The translations under genes and the position numbers were made by a program. A DNA stretch of 64,000 nt, from NCBI GenBank assembly GCA_964106645.2, contig OZ067047.1; one strand, 5' to 3'. Shown here piece after piece: positions 36,410-49,055 of the stretch. The number at the start of each line of letters is the position of its first letter. Position 1 is the first letter of the stretch. The notes below the pieces were generated by a model. That model saw nothing but the letters and a program-made list of their open reading frames with translations, was not told where the DNA came from and did no database searches. Origin of the DNA: Podarcis pityusensis (taxonomy: Eukaryota).

Positions 36410-38499
36410 CTGGAAGCAGTGAAAGAGAATGTACACAATCAAGAAACAAAATATGACATTTTCTGAATGCAGCTCACATTACTCTCAAATAAACAAGCCG
36501 GCTCTGTCAAACAATCTTCTTCAGAATGATCCCACAATCCTTTATTGCTGCCCAGTCTGAACAAATGCACTATGTCAAAGCATTTTTGTAAATAGGAGGC
36601 GATCTTAAAATTGTGGTTTGTGATCAGAATCAGCGCAGCAACAAAAGACAACATTTTAGTACAGTAATTTTGAAGAAAATAAATCTTGCAGACAACTGAT
36701 GAAACCTTAAACAGCTTAAGATCATTTACTGAGCAGTCTATAATTTAAAGTCAGAGTTGAAAGCCAGAAATGTTATATTTGATTATTTTTTTGCCATATT
36801 TGTGCTTAATCCAGAGCAAGTATCAGTTCTATCAATCAAACACTGAGTGAGTAATTTCATCTTTGCTACCTAACTAAACCTTCAGAAGAGTTTTTATGTA
36901 CAGCTTGCATAAGATAATTATATTAAAATGTAACATATTGATGGATTTAAAAGAATAGAACAGAAAAAGTTCTTTCATGTCAGTATGTTTTTAGATTTAG
37001 AATGGAGATTGAATAGAGAAATTAATTCAATGGTTTCAGCAATGCACATATCTATCTGTACATTACAAATACTGGTCTTTCAACCATAAATCCTTGTAAG
37101 TAAGACTATTTATGTTTAGATTTATTTCCATGTAAGGATCACAGCCTATGAAACTGAAATGTACATACGAATTTAATTTTGCCGAGTTTAAAAATGTGTT
37201 ATTTGTGAATGCAATGCTGTATTTAAGGTTTAAAACATAAATAAAATTACAATTCATAAATGTACTAACATTTTTAGTGAAATTAGTTGGTGCATCTGCA
37301 AGAAAGTTAAAATACATCTCATTGAGGGAGGACCTAAGAATACAGTACAGTCTTTATTTCTCAATTATTTCAATGGACTAAGTGCTCTCAGCTTCTGAAG
37401 TGTATCTGTAATGACTGTGGTGATTCCAAGATCTTGGCAGAACAAATTAATGCAGTCATTCGGTGTTTGTCCACTCTTATAGACTGGAATAGATTTCAGG
37501 TTTCTTGGATCAAGTTTGGTTTTGGTTTTTAATAGAACCCCAAGACCTACAAACTGGAACCATGTGCAGAAGACAGTTGGAATTAAAGAACAGGGGGCCT
37601 CTGAGCACACTCTGAGCCGATGAACTTGGTGGACACATTTCAGCAGCCTAATTTAGCTAGAAAAAAGTAATTATGTTGCTGTTGTTCCTAACAAAAATAG
37701 GAGACCCTTGCTGATCAACTATTAATTGCCAGAAATCTAATTGCCAGTTGACCCTGATCTAAGTTCTCCTAATCTGTTAGACAAACATCTGTTTTATCCA
37801 CTTCATCTGCAATATAGTCTTGCCCCCTTTTTGGAGAAAAGAGGTTTTGCCATGCTGATCCATGCTTTTGTAATCTCTAAAATGTATTGCTGAAGTGTGC
37901 TTCATTGAAGGCTGTCCATGAAGATAAACCAGAAGCTTCAACAAGTGCAGAATTCTGCTGCCCATCTTTTGGAAGAGGCTTACATTTGGGAATATATTCA
38001 TCCTACAATGCAAAGACTAGACACCTTCTGGACTTAATTTAAGGTGACTCTTTTAAAATCCCTTTATAGTCTGGCACCTACAGGTTTCTTAAAGTTTACC
38101 CCTCCCTAGATTAGCTGAGTTACTGCCTTAGCTATGTAAGGCTGTTCCTACTCCATGTGCACACATGTGAGGTGAAGACATACTTTTATTTTAATGATTT
38201 TGAGGCTGTAGAACAGGAGTCACTAACCTTTTCGGACCAGCGGGAAAATCTGGAATTTTGAGAAAGTGCCATGGGCACCACTCACAAAATGGCTGCTATG
38301 AGGGTGTATAGGAGAGGCCAAGACAGTGCAGACAGGGACTGAGCAGAAAGAGAAAATACTTTCTCAATTATTGAGGACTTTTGAGGAAATATTTCATTGT
38401 ACCAGATGAAGTCCTGGTGGGCATACTGTTGGCCATGGATGCCATGCTGATGAACCCAAGAACAACCTATCTGATGAGATACTTTGGCCTTGTGTCCTA

Positions 38500-38712
38500 T
38501 TTATTTATTTTATTTGCAACATTTACATCCTGCTTTTCTTCCATGGACCTCAAAGTAGGATACTTTAGTCCTCACCACAACTATGTGAACTAGGTCAGAC
38601 TGAGTTTGCATGACCTGCCCAAGGTCATTAAGTGAGGCTTACGGCATAATAGGGTTTGAAACCTGAGTTCTCTCAGTCCTAGTCTGTGCTTAAACACTAA
38701 AACATACCTCTG
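38500..38712 (-). mobile_element. MIR/Ther1-derived SINE
   Basis: TCCTCACCACAACTATGTGAACTAGG...GACCTGCCCAAGGTCA...GGGTTTGAAACCTG, homologous to the 16300 copy. Confidence 0.7.
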
Positions 38713-39211
38713 GCAGAATGCTTATGGCCACAAAGTGGACACTGTGATGCTGCGTTCCTGCTGCTGCAGAGTCTACTGTACTGATTGTCATTTTAAACAC
38801 TTATTGCTGGTTTTTATTCTTTTATTCTGCTGGGCGTCATCTCAAGTTTTCAATAATTGCTTTGAAATTAATATATTCATGAGGCAGAAGCTACAAATTA
38901 ACATGCCTGGCTGTATCAAACAGGTCTTAAAGAAGTAGCTTGATCTCTTTGTGGGCTTATACAAAAACGTAATCTGGGTTACTAGTCATTCAGACTGGGG
39001 GTAAAATTCATTCCTCAAACATAATTCAGAGATAAATCTGTATTATATTGTGAACAAAACCCATCCACATATTTTGTTAGTGTATTATGTTGTTTGTCAG
39101 AGGGGATGTAGCATACATCTGAGTAAAGTCAGTTTGCTATTCATACAGAAGTAATTATTTTTGAGTGGTACTCTGTTGTTCACACAACTGGATTCAGCAC
39201 CCACCCTAATA

Positions 39212-39453
39212 CAGTGGTACCTCAGGTTAAGTACTTAATTCGTTCCGGAGGTCCGTTCTTAACCTGAAAGTGTTCTTAACCTGAAGCACCACTTTAGCTA
39301 ATGGGGCCTCCTGCTGCTGCTGCGCCGCCAGAGCCCGATTTCTGTTCTCATCCTGAAGCAAAGTTCTTAACCTGAAGCACTATTTCTGGGTTAGCAGATT
39401 GTGTAACCTAAAGTGTATCTAACCTGAAGCGTATGTAACCCGAGGTACCACTG
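39212..39453. mobile_element. Tc1/mariner (Tigger/pogo-like) MITE, 242 bp
   Basis: TIR CAGTGGTACCTCAGGTTA / TAACCCGAGGTACCACTG with TA TSDs. Confidence 0.93.
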
Positions 39454-39544
39454 TACATTGTCTATTCTCCCTGCACCTCGAAATCTGAGGTACTCCTGAA
39501 AGTCAATGTGCAATTGAACAAATGGAACAAGGGCTCACAACTCA

Positions 39545-40030
39545 TGTTTATTTCTAAACAGCCCTTTACGTATATAGATCACAGGCTGGTTTACAAAGCA
39601 ATCACGTAAAATATAATAAAAAACTAAAATCGCAGCTAAAACATTTTCCCCAACAGAATACTTCCAGTAATTTAGTAAGAACCTGAATGTTCATGCCAGT
39701 CAGACACGCTCCCTTATCTTCAAAAAGTCTTAATGAATAAATTAAGCTGGTGCCAAAAAATAGTTACTGAGGGGGTTCATTGTAATTTTCAACAGTTGGG
39801 GTGCCATCACAGAGAAGGCCTTGCTTTGTGTCACCACACAACAGTGGGACTAAAAGTAAGGCCTCCATGTTGATCCCTGTTGAGCATTGCAGAGGTGCTC
39901 CTTTAAGTATTTGTGTTCCTAGTCATTCTGGGCTTTTGAAATCAACACCTTACGTTGCACTTGACAGCTTATCAAAAGCCAGTGCAGCTCCTGGCGGACT
40001 AGTAATGACACATGCAAGGGGATAACCCAC
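39545..40030 (-). mobile_element. Degenerate L2-like LINE 3' fragment
   Basis: GGGGTGCCATCACAGAGAAGGCC block and general resemblance to the fragment at ~61860-62100. Confidence 0.5.
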
Positions 40031-40368
40031 AATTGAGGGACAGATGGCAAATGCAAAGGGCTTATGAATTATGTATATATGCAGATTTGATTTTACACAG
40101 CTGTAGCATTCAAAGAAAGGTCTCACCCTGATCTCAGAAGCATTTATAGGACAATCATATGCATATTTACCCAGAAGTAAGTCACATTGTGTTCAGTGGG
40201 GCTCACTGCCAGTTAAGAATACACGGGATTGCAATTGTAATCATTTTTTAATGTTGTACACTGAGTTAATGTTGTGCCCTGAGATCTTTTGATAAAGGGT
40301 GGCATATAAATTTAATAATAATAATTTTAAAAAAAGTCCAGATTTTTAAAAAAACAGTTACCATGGTA

Positions 40369-40423
40369 AAAACAAAACAAAACAAAACAAAACAAAACAA
40401 AACAAAACAAAACAAAACAAAAC
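40369..40423. repeat. (AAAAC)11 microsatellite
   Basis: Directly visible; 7 nt from an LRRIQ1 exon end. Confidence 0.97.
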
Positions 40424-40430
40424 ATCTCAC

Positions 40431-40491
40431 CACATGTTGAACTCTTCCTCCCTTGATAACTTCTGGATCTATCTCAGGTAAGAAATGTTTG
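40431..40491 (-). CDS. LRRIQ1: LRRIQ1 internal exon (61 nt, phase 2 to 0)
   Basis: Acceptor ACTGTATAG, donor GTG|GTGAGA. Encodes (C)KHFLPEIDPEVIKGGRVQHV, matching recalled FLPELDPDVLNGGRVQLV. Confidence 0.92.
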
Positions 40492-41929
40492 CTATACAGT
40501 GAACGGAAAATGACAAATATGTCAGTAACAGAATAAAATGCATTAGAATACTAAAGCTAGTATCCAATGAACTATTTCAATTGCTCCAAGGGCTTTGGTA
40601 TACTCAGTGAGCTGTTTGCCTTATCTTTGACCAACAAATTTAAACCACACAACACACTGCTTCCTCCCAGTCTTCTCCCTATTTCAAAAGTGATTTCCTA
40701 GGCATGTCAAGTGGGGTCTTGTATGACGAACCTAAAGCTTGCTTGGGCACACATAAATATCACTATTAAACAATTTATGGAGAGCATTTTACAATTGTCT
40801 CATGGCAATGTATGAATACCATAAACACAGCTGAAAGTATTTTAATAGTATAACCCCCCCAACGAAATATCGGTTTGAGAACAATACAAAACAAATGCTT
40901 AAGGGAATTACTAGGTCCTGTCCTTAAGTGTACATATTTACCTGTTGGCAAGTTTCACTATAATCAATGGGACTTCTGGATAAACATATCTTTCCAACTC
41001 TACAACTCCATGATTCTATGATAGTTAGCACTGGGCTGTATGACACCTACTGCTTAGAAACTGCAGGTCGTCAAATGTTTAGCTAAATATCATTAAGAAT
41101 TTTGGCTCTTATTTTCAGTGGGTTTAAGGAATATTATTTTTAACAATCTGGCTCAAACAGATAAGGAAGTCATTCATTGCCAGAAAGTTTAAGATAAAAT
41201 TCTCAAAATGCAAGTTCTTTAATAGCTAGAAATTTATCGAATTTACTAGTGTATTGAAGGAGTATAAATTACACCTATCATTATCCAATCTTATTCAAGC
41301 AGTCTATTATATAGCAGTAATCTTGGTTTTGGTTAGATAAGTCTATCAGTTATTTGACCACATGGCTTCTGATTCCTTTCCAGTTGATGTTTTGCCATCA
41401 AGTTGAGGGTAAGTAGGATCAGTCATAATACCTAAATTATCCTAACAAATGCTATTAACATTAATGTGCCACACACATCTACAGAAGTGATTTAATATGA
41501 TTTAGACTGCAACAGTATACCTACTTATCTGGAAATAAGCCCAATTGAACTCTATGGCTTACTTCTGAGTAGGCATCTATAGGAGTGTGTTGTTAGAAAC
41601 AACTGAGATTGCATAAATGACATTTGACCTTAATTCTAAAAAACTCTTGTATTTATCTTCTCTAAATGCTTTTATGAAAATTAAAACCAGGGAATAAAAT
41701 AAAAAACTAAATTGTAATATCTGGGCCCCTCTGCTAACTTACAAAGCTCAAGATAAGGATTAAAAATACTATAGTTCATGGTTTTATCATTTCACCTGGT
41801 TTTAAAAAAAACATATTTTTCAAGGGTAAGTATGGTACTCCTGTATATAAAAAACCTCATCATTATATAAAATATTGTTTAAAAGGTTAAACTATGAATT
41901 GAACTTCTATCTTTTTCTGAAGACTATCA

Positions 41930-42092
41930 TGAGAGCCTGGATAGCTCCATTGGTTGAAGAGCGGTGCTGATAACACCAAGGTTGCAGGTTTGATTCCTGT
42001 TTGGGACAGCTGCATATTCCTGCCTTGCAGGGGGTTGGATTAGATGATCCTCAGGGTCCCTTCCAACTCTACAATTCTGTGATTCTATGATT
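41930..42092 (+). mobile_element. tRNA-head SINE with CR1-type 3' tail
   Basis: A-box-like TAGCTCCATTGG, B-box-like GGTTTGATTCC, CR1 tail GGTCCCTTCCAACTCTACAATTCTGTGATTCTATGA. Confidence 0.85.
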
Positions 42093-42582
42093 ACTTGAGG
42101 ATTGTTGCTTTAAATAATATTCAATACAAGTGAAATTCATTTCTAAGATGTTCTAATGTTGTCTGGCATCTCAGTCCTAAACATAATTAATTGAAATATA
42201 CAATCTTGTTCCAAATAAGAATATTTTGGGGAGTATCTGTTGTCACTGACTTCCACTTGATATGGTTACCATTGCTGTTAGGTAAGCAGCTGCTCACAAT
42301 GTTTAATTCAATTTGGCACGGGATTGGCAGATAGCGCCCTACAAAATCATGCCATTAACATCCCTACTGAGAAATCAATCGTGGCACTTTGTCCCTGGGT
42401 CCACTGCACCATTGATCTCAATACAAATAGCTTGCAAATAAGGGAAGGGAGGGATCTGTATAGAGCTATTATTACAAATAAGTAGGATATAAATGATGTT
42501 GAATAACAATAAATCAAAATTGGGAGGCACAGAGAGCCTTGGACTGCCAGGCTGCCTATGGACAGCATGTTGCGTGACAGTA

Positions 42583-42922
42583 AGGTAAAGGGACCCCTGA
42601 CCATTAGGTCAAGTCATGGGGTTGCGGCGCCCATCTTGTTTTACTGGCCGAGGGAGCCGGCGTACAGCTTCCGGGTCATGTGGCTAGCATGACTAAGCCG
42701 CTTCTGGCGAACCAGAGCAGCACACGGTAAACGCCATTTACCTTCCTGCTAGAGTGGTACCTATTTATCTACTTGCACTTTGGCGTGTTTACGAACTGCT
42801 AGGTTGGCAGGAGCAGGGACCGAGCAATGGGAGCTCACCCCGTTGCGGGGATTCAAACCACCGACCTTCTGATCAGCAAGTCCTAGGCTCTGTGGTTTAA
42901 CCCACAGCGCCACCTGCGTCCC
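42583..42922 (-). mobile_element. Sauria SINE, near full length
   Basis: Aligns along its length with the copy at 23155-23510, with a small internal deletion near the 3' end. Confidence 0.93.
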
Positions 42923-43848
42923 AGTAGTGTTGCATTATAGTGCACACCTGCTTCCTGGGGCAGAATTGTGTGTGCTATGGGCTGATGCCAATTATGTGTA
43001 CTAGTTCCTCTGATATTCCACCAATTGGATCTTGTCTCTTGCACTTTAGCATCTTTATTAATCATGACAATGTTTTTAAAAAGTCCACCTGTATGCTTTT
43101 TGTCATTCAGCTGTCCCCCCACTGACAAGAAAACTCTGAGGAGTGTTGTTTTTTTTCTGATCTGAGGGCAGATTTGCCTCGCATCTGCAGGTGCCATCTG
43201 CCTGACAGCCTTTATAACTATCCTCAGAGAAACTCTCTTTTGACTTCTGAAGAACCACCACTTACACAAAGATAAATCATTGAAGTTTAAAGGGAAGCAT
43301 TTCCTCAAATGTGCAGACCTGAAATTTTGTTGTTATTTTTTTTAAAAAATAACAATCAATGCTTTGTATTATTTCTGCTCCCTTTTTCCTTGTGTATTTC
43401 TGTAAGATATATTGTCCACTCTAGCCCATGCCTAGTTCAAAATACCATCTGCCATGTCTCAGCATATTGGTGCACTATTTAATGTACCTGGTTAGCTATT
43501 AAATTACAATGATTTTGAATGCATTCTGTAACCTGAAGAATACAAGAAAAATATATGTTTTCCTGCATTTTTCATAAATACAACTATTTGGGTTTCTGAC
43601 AGAAAAAATATTCATGGATATTATGAAGTGATATTGCATGCTGGCATGTCATAGCAATTCACTAAGGTTTGTGGCAGAATGAGATGCAGAATTTATTAAA
43701 TTAATTCTCAACGGGAGTGTGTTTGAAACTTGGCAATCTGGCCTTTGGCAAAAAAAAGCATATTTGTTTTAGGACAATTAAGATGGGTTTCATGTTACAT
43801 GATGTGTTATTACAATCCAAAAATCTAATTTAAAGGCAATGATCTCAC

Positions 43849-43972
43849 CATTTTTCATTTCTGGGGCTAGTTGCTTCAAAATCCCAAACCTGTGTATGAA
43901 GCCATTGGTATGTACGTTCTTTGTTCCTTTCCATCTTATCTGCGGAACCGTAAGCAAATGCTTCTTCCTTAC
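43849..43972 (-). CDS. LRRIQ1: LRRIQ1 internal exon (124 nt, phase 1 to 2)
   Basis: Acceptor TCTCTCATCCACAG, donor TG|GTGAGA. Encodes KEEAFAYGSADKMERNKERTYQWLHTQVWDFEATSPRNEK, resembling the recalled LRRIQ1 motif ERNREYTYQWLHTQV; in frame with the next exon. Confidence 0.9.
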
Positions 43973-44914
43973 CTGTGGATGAGAGATATTTTCAAGTTCT
44001 AACCTTTTGTTGTGACAAATGCCAAACAAACAGCACTGATTTACAGCAGAATGCTATGCAGGTTTATGTGGCAGTGAGACAAAATGGCCTCAACAAGACT
44101 TCTTAATAAATATTCATAGGATTGGGCAGATAAGGTGCTAAGTAAAAACAGAAAAAAGACAGAGCCTGTATTTTCTCCCTTACTTCCTTTCTCTGTACTT
44201 TGTAGCACGCAGAATATTTGCAAAAAAAGGCTCCATATAGAAACATAAAGTACAAAATGTGTCTGTGGAAGGTTAGTAGGGCTACTAGAAAAGACCAGTT
44301 AAGTAAACAGGTATGTAAATAAGCTTCTATAATTGCCTTCCCTTTGATTATATCCACACAAGATTTCCTCAAAAAACATTCCAAAGGGCAGGTCCCCTCC
44401 TAGTGGGGGCACTAAATAGCTGGGGTTTAACTATGTCTTCTGCCTAGGGATGGCAGAGGATTGCCACAACTCTCATGCTTGCCTGAAGTCCGAAATGGAA
44501 ATGAAGCAAGCAAATATGAGTGGCATTACTTTTTTGCTGCTTTCTTTTTTAATCCACAAACATTACACAAATTATCACATTATTTTCTGCATAGTTTTTG
44601 TGTTTCCTTTTCACTGAAATGCCTTGAAGTTAATTGCACAATTAATTGCACGTAATTATGTTTGTTTCAGGCTTTCAGCCATAGTGGGTAGGAAGACCAA
44701 TAACCCAGGTTTTAACAGAAGCCTAACTGTAACAGAACAGAAAGCTCTGATTGTGATGAACACTGAATGGGACAGGAATTGCTGCCTCCTTATATGCCCA
44801 CTGTGCCATTTCTGAGTTTTTACTGGTGGTCAGCTTTATTCTAGGAGCCTTAGCTGGTTCCAAGGTGTGGTTAGCACTCAGATCTGGCCCTCTCCCTCTT
44901 CTTTCCAGTCACCT

Positions 44915-44962
44915 TTGACTGGATCTAACTATCCAGGGGTCATTTACCTTTAACTTTTACCT
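44915..44962 (+). mobile_element. Sauria SINE/BovB-type 3' tail fragment
   Basis: GACTGGATCTAACTATCCAGGGGTCATTTACCTTTAACTTTTACC resembles the 3' end of the two SINE copies. Confidence 0.55.
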
Positions 44963-46557
44963 ACCAACCTTACTACTGATGAGCTTCTATCTCCTGATCC
45001 TGCCCTGTTCTCAAGGGATCCAGGACCTTACTCTATTCTGCTTATTCCTATTTTATGTTTGTGTCCTTGAGTGACATCATTTCTACTTTTCATGTGCACC
45101 TGGGCCATGGCTAAATAAGATGGACTCTGCATTGGGGTGGCTTGGGATGTAGGATGTACATGATGGACAGTGGTGACAGAGCTTATTTAGAAGGTGTTGA
45201 AATTGCAGTTCTATGAAGATGTACGGTAAAAGAGAAAAAAGGCCAGGGAGATGGGGATAGCTTCTGATATCAGAAACTAAATCCTGGTCAAACTCAGTAC
45301 ATGTACAAAAAAAAGATGAATCTGCAATATAGAAGGAACAGAAAGAAAAGAGCACCACATCCAAACATGTGTGAACCAAATACAGTACCAGACAGAAGTG
45401 AGGTAATCTCCTGTGCAGACATTGCTTCAGAAATGCAGCAGACACTCAAAAAGTTACTTTACCAACTCACAGCAGCTGGTAGAAGTCAACTTAGAAAGAA
45501 GAAATTCACATCGGAATATGTGATATTATATGTTAAAGATCTCTATACGTAGTGCAGACCTCTTGTTTCTGGCCTTTTCAGACCAGAAAAGCCTGAGTCT
45601 TCTGGCTGATTTTGTGATGTGTAGAAACACTCAGTGTAAGGTGGTGGAATGAACTTCCAAATTCATTCCTGATTTTTCATACTGTGAACTTAGAGCACTG
45701 AATGTAATCAAGTCATATCTCCAGCACCTGTTTCCTAAAATCTATGTATTATCAGGATGATCTGTTGGAGCATTTAATCCCTTGGGATGATTATGTGCCA
45801 TGGGAAAGTACCCTTTGTGATCACTTTGATTCTCTAGAGCAAAAAGAAACCATATTCTCTGTACTTTAGCCTGCTCTTAATTTTTCTCTCTTTCTTGCCA
45901 CCAGCAATAACATTTTCATAGCAATGCTTGTTCTGTCTCAAGACATTTTGGGAACGTTCCCAGTCATTTTGTTAACAGAGTAACAAAATACACGGACATT
46001 TAAGGCAGCAATCACATGCACTCTTACTTGGAATGAAGCTCTAGAATGACTTACTTCTGAGGAAACATACACCGGATTGGGTTGGATTTACTAAAGACAA
46101 AATGCTAGCAAGCTTAGAAGTATAATATACCCCATGTGCAGGCTTACATATTAGTCATCTTGTATTGTGTTCCCCACTTCCCCAGTGGCGAAAGGTTGCA
46201 TAGGCAATGCTAAATGGGCTTGGTTTACTTTGGATGAGAGTGCTGAGACTTATTGTATCATTATGATGTTGACTTTATTTACAAATAATTATTTACAAAT
46301 ATAAAAATATACCCTAAGAGGAGGCAAAGCTGATCTGGTAACCCACATCAGATTTGCAGAGATGCCAACTCACAGCGTGCTTTCCCCTTCTGTCTCAAGT
46401 TCACCCACACCCACCCACCCACACCCACCCCTCTGCCCCCTCCTCTTAGTTGGTATCCCAATCAAATGTATTCCCAACTATCTCATAACCATTTGCTCCG
46501 ATCAGCTGACTATTCTGGGGTATTAACCAGCAAATCTATCTAACCAAAGAATTGTTA

Positions 46558-46690
46558 TTCAGGTAGGTAGCCGTGTTGGTCTGACACAGTCAAAATACAT
46601 AAAAAAATAAAAAACATTGTCCACTAGCCCCTTAGAGACCAACTAAGTTTGTTCTTGGTATAAGCTTTCATGTGCATGCACACTTCTTCA
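46558..46690. mobile_element. Penelope-like retroelement terminal fragment
   Basis: GGTAGCCGTGTTGGTCTG...TTAGAGACCAACTAAG...AGCTTTCATG...CACTTCTTCAG resembles sauropsid Penelope termini; flanked by GAATTGTTA / GAATCGTTA. Confidence 0.7.
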
Positions 46691-47254
46691 GAATCGTTAG
46701 TCAATAGTTGTCACAGTATCAATTATTTAACAATATAGCTTCCTGCCATGCTGTATTTTAAACAGCTCATTGGTGATGACAGCCCTAAATGAATTTATCT
46801 AAACAGCCAAACCCTTGGAACATTTGCTTCAATTTAGTATTTTAAGATGTGACCATGACCACACTGTACAACAGATCATGTAGATTTCAAACCAAATCGT
46901 AATAGTCTTTCCATTTGATTTTACATCTCAAAAACTAAATGATCAAATGCTGTTCTTACAGTGACTCACCAGGAGACCTCTCCATCTGGCAGCTGGCCTT
47001 TGGAGCTTTTACCTGGTGCCAGACCAAAAGAGATTGACTGCGCTGCTTCTGTTCTGCATGGCCAGCTGACCAGTAGCCTCCTTGACTGAACTGGCAGAGG
47101 CAGTCTCTGGTATGGTGATGGAGAACTCTAGGACTATTGCCCATGCCTTTGCAAGGCTACTTTCCCCCAATCCAGCTTGAGACTTCATTATTTATTTACT
47201 CTATTTAAATATGCACAAACTGCACTTTCACAGAAAAATGCAGTATAATGAAGT

Positions 47255-47690
47255 GATGTCTCATATGGTCATTGGCCTGACCCACAGGACAGGACGTTCT
47301 CTGGATTTGGTGGTCTGGAATTGGAGTGGTGATGGCTCTATGATTCCAATGTCATGGTCAGACCACTTCCTGGTGAACTTTAAGGCAGCTCAATCAATTT
47401 TCCTCTGCAGGGGTGGGAGACCAATTAAGATGGACACTCCCAAGAGTCTTGTGGATTTCAATGGATTCTTTAATTTTCTGGAAATTTTCCAGTGGACAGA
47501 GCCGGCGATCCTGTCAAGGCCTCTGTCTCACTGTATGGTGCTGAAATGCAGAGGGCTAGCAACACAATTGCCCCATAGTATTCCCTCTGATGCTATGAAG
47601 CACATTCAGCCCCCTGGCATACTGGGGAACTGTGCGTGGAAAAATAGACCAGTTCACAAATAAAAGTGCAGCTGATTTAGTGCACGTATG
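47255..47690 (+). mobile_element. Degenerate L2-like LINE ORF2 (AP-endonuclease end) fragment, interrupted by BovB
   Basis: Translation THRTGRSLDLV...SWSDHFLV matches APE motifs (TH..G..LDLV, SDH); sequence appears to continue after the BovB TSD to ~48140. Confidence 0.7.
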
Positions 47691-47700
47691 CCTACTTATG

Positions 47701-48090
47701 ATCGCCGAAGAATTGATGCTTTTGAATTATGGTGCTGGAGGAGACTCTTGAGAGTCCCATGGACTGCAAGAAGATCAAACCTATCCATTCTTAAGGAAAT
47801 CAGCCCTGAGTGCTCACTGGAAGCACAGATCCTGAAGCTGAGGCTCCAATACTTTGGCCACCTCATGAGAAGAGAAGACTCCCTGGAAAAGACCCTGATG
47901 TTGGGAAAGATGAAGGGCACAAGGAGAAGGGGATGGCAGAGGATGAGATGGTTGGATAGTGTTCTCAAAGCTACCAGCATGAGTTTGACCAAACTGCAGG
48001 AGGCAGTGGACGACAGGAGTGCCCGGTGTGCTCTAGTCCATGGGGTCATGAAGAGTCGGACACGACTAAACGACTAAACAACAACAACAA
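47701..48090 (+). mobile_element. BovB (RTE) LINE, 5'-truncated
   Basis: Encodes the BovB ORF C-terminus RRIDAFELWCWRRLLRVPWTARRSN...LEKTLMLGK; (CAA)n tail; perfect 13-bp TSD ATGCCTACTTATG at 47688-47700 and 48091-48103. Confidence 0.95.
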
Positions 48091-48198
48091 ATGCCTACTT
48101 ATGGTGGCAGTGAAGAGAGCCTGCTTTGCTGCCTCTCTCATGAAATTAACTCTTCTAGCATATAGGTTAAAAAACATTGTTCAACACCATTCTAACTA

Positions 48199-48441
48199 CA
48201 GTGGTACCTCTGGTTACGAACTTAATTCGTTCCGGAGGTCCGTTCTTAACCTGAAACCGTTCTTAACCTGAGGTACCACTTTAGCTAATGGGACCTTCTG
48301 CTGCCACCGTGCCGTTGGCACACAATTTCTGTTCTTATCCTGAGGTAAAGTTCTTAAACCCGAGGTACTACTTCTGGGTTAGAGGGGTTTGTAACTCGAA
48401 GTGTTTGTAACCCGAGGTATTTGTAACCAGAGGTACCACTG
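48199..48441. mobile_element. Tc1/mariner MITE, second copy of the same family, 243 bp
   Basis: TIR CAGTGGTACCTCTGGTTAC / GTAACCAGAGGTACCACTG, TA TSDs; interior similar to the 39212 copy. Confidence 0.93.
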
Positions 48442-49055
48442 TACTGGTATTTTGTGACATAGGACAAACAGTTAAATATGAACCTATAGTAGTAAAAATA
48501 TTTTCTGGAACTTAAGTAGTTAATAAAATGACCAAATAATGTGATTGTGGAAAAAGGGGTTGAGTAAAATGGGCATATATGCTAGAGACTGAACAAATGC
48601 TAAAAATTCAACTACTGTTTAACTTTTCTGATTTATAAGTATAATTCACCTCCCACACAAAGCATCAGTACTACTGCTGCCAGGGTAAGATTAATAAAGA
48701 AAGTAGTCATTCAGTCCATGCATCCTGGATGAATTTCAGATCTCTCTAACACTGTGCCAGCATTCAGATCTAATGTTCAAGGTTTCTTTTTTTGTTTTTT
48801 GTTTAAACTGGCTTGAGGTTGCATTAAGAAAAATGGAAGACAGGTATCATGACAATCTTATTTGTAGTCTGAAAGCAATGCATAGTAATTTGGATTTTTA
48901 CTTAAAAAGGTAAGTGGCTTATACTTTGATCATAGTGATTTGCATCAGGCTGAAGTCTTAGAAAACAAAAATACATTAAGGAAAGTGCTTATATAAAAAG
49001 GAAAATCAGATCGACTCAGTGTATTTCTTTTATTGTACCTTTACTTTCTAAATTA

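Noticed and set aside
44390-44415. CTCF-like CCTAGTGGGGGCACTA
   Set aside because: Several mismatches at core positions on either strand.
47688-48077. 129-aa ATG ORF as a host gene
   Set aside because: It is the BovB ORF C-terminus; the ATG is supplied by the target-site duplication.
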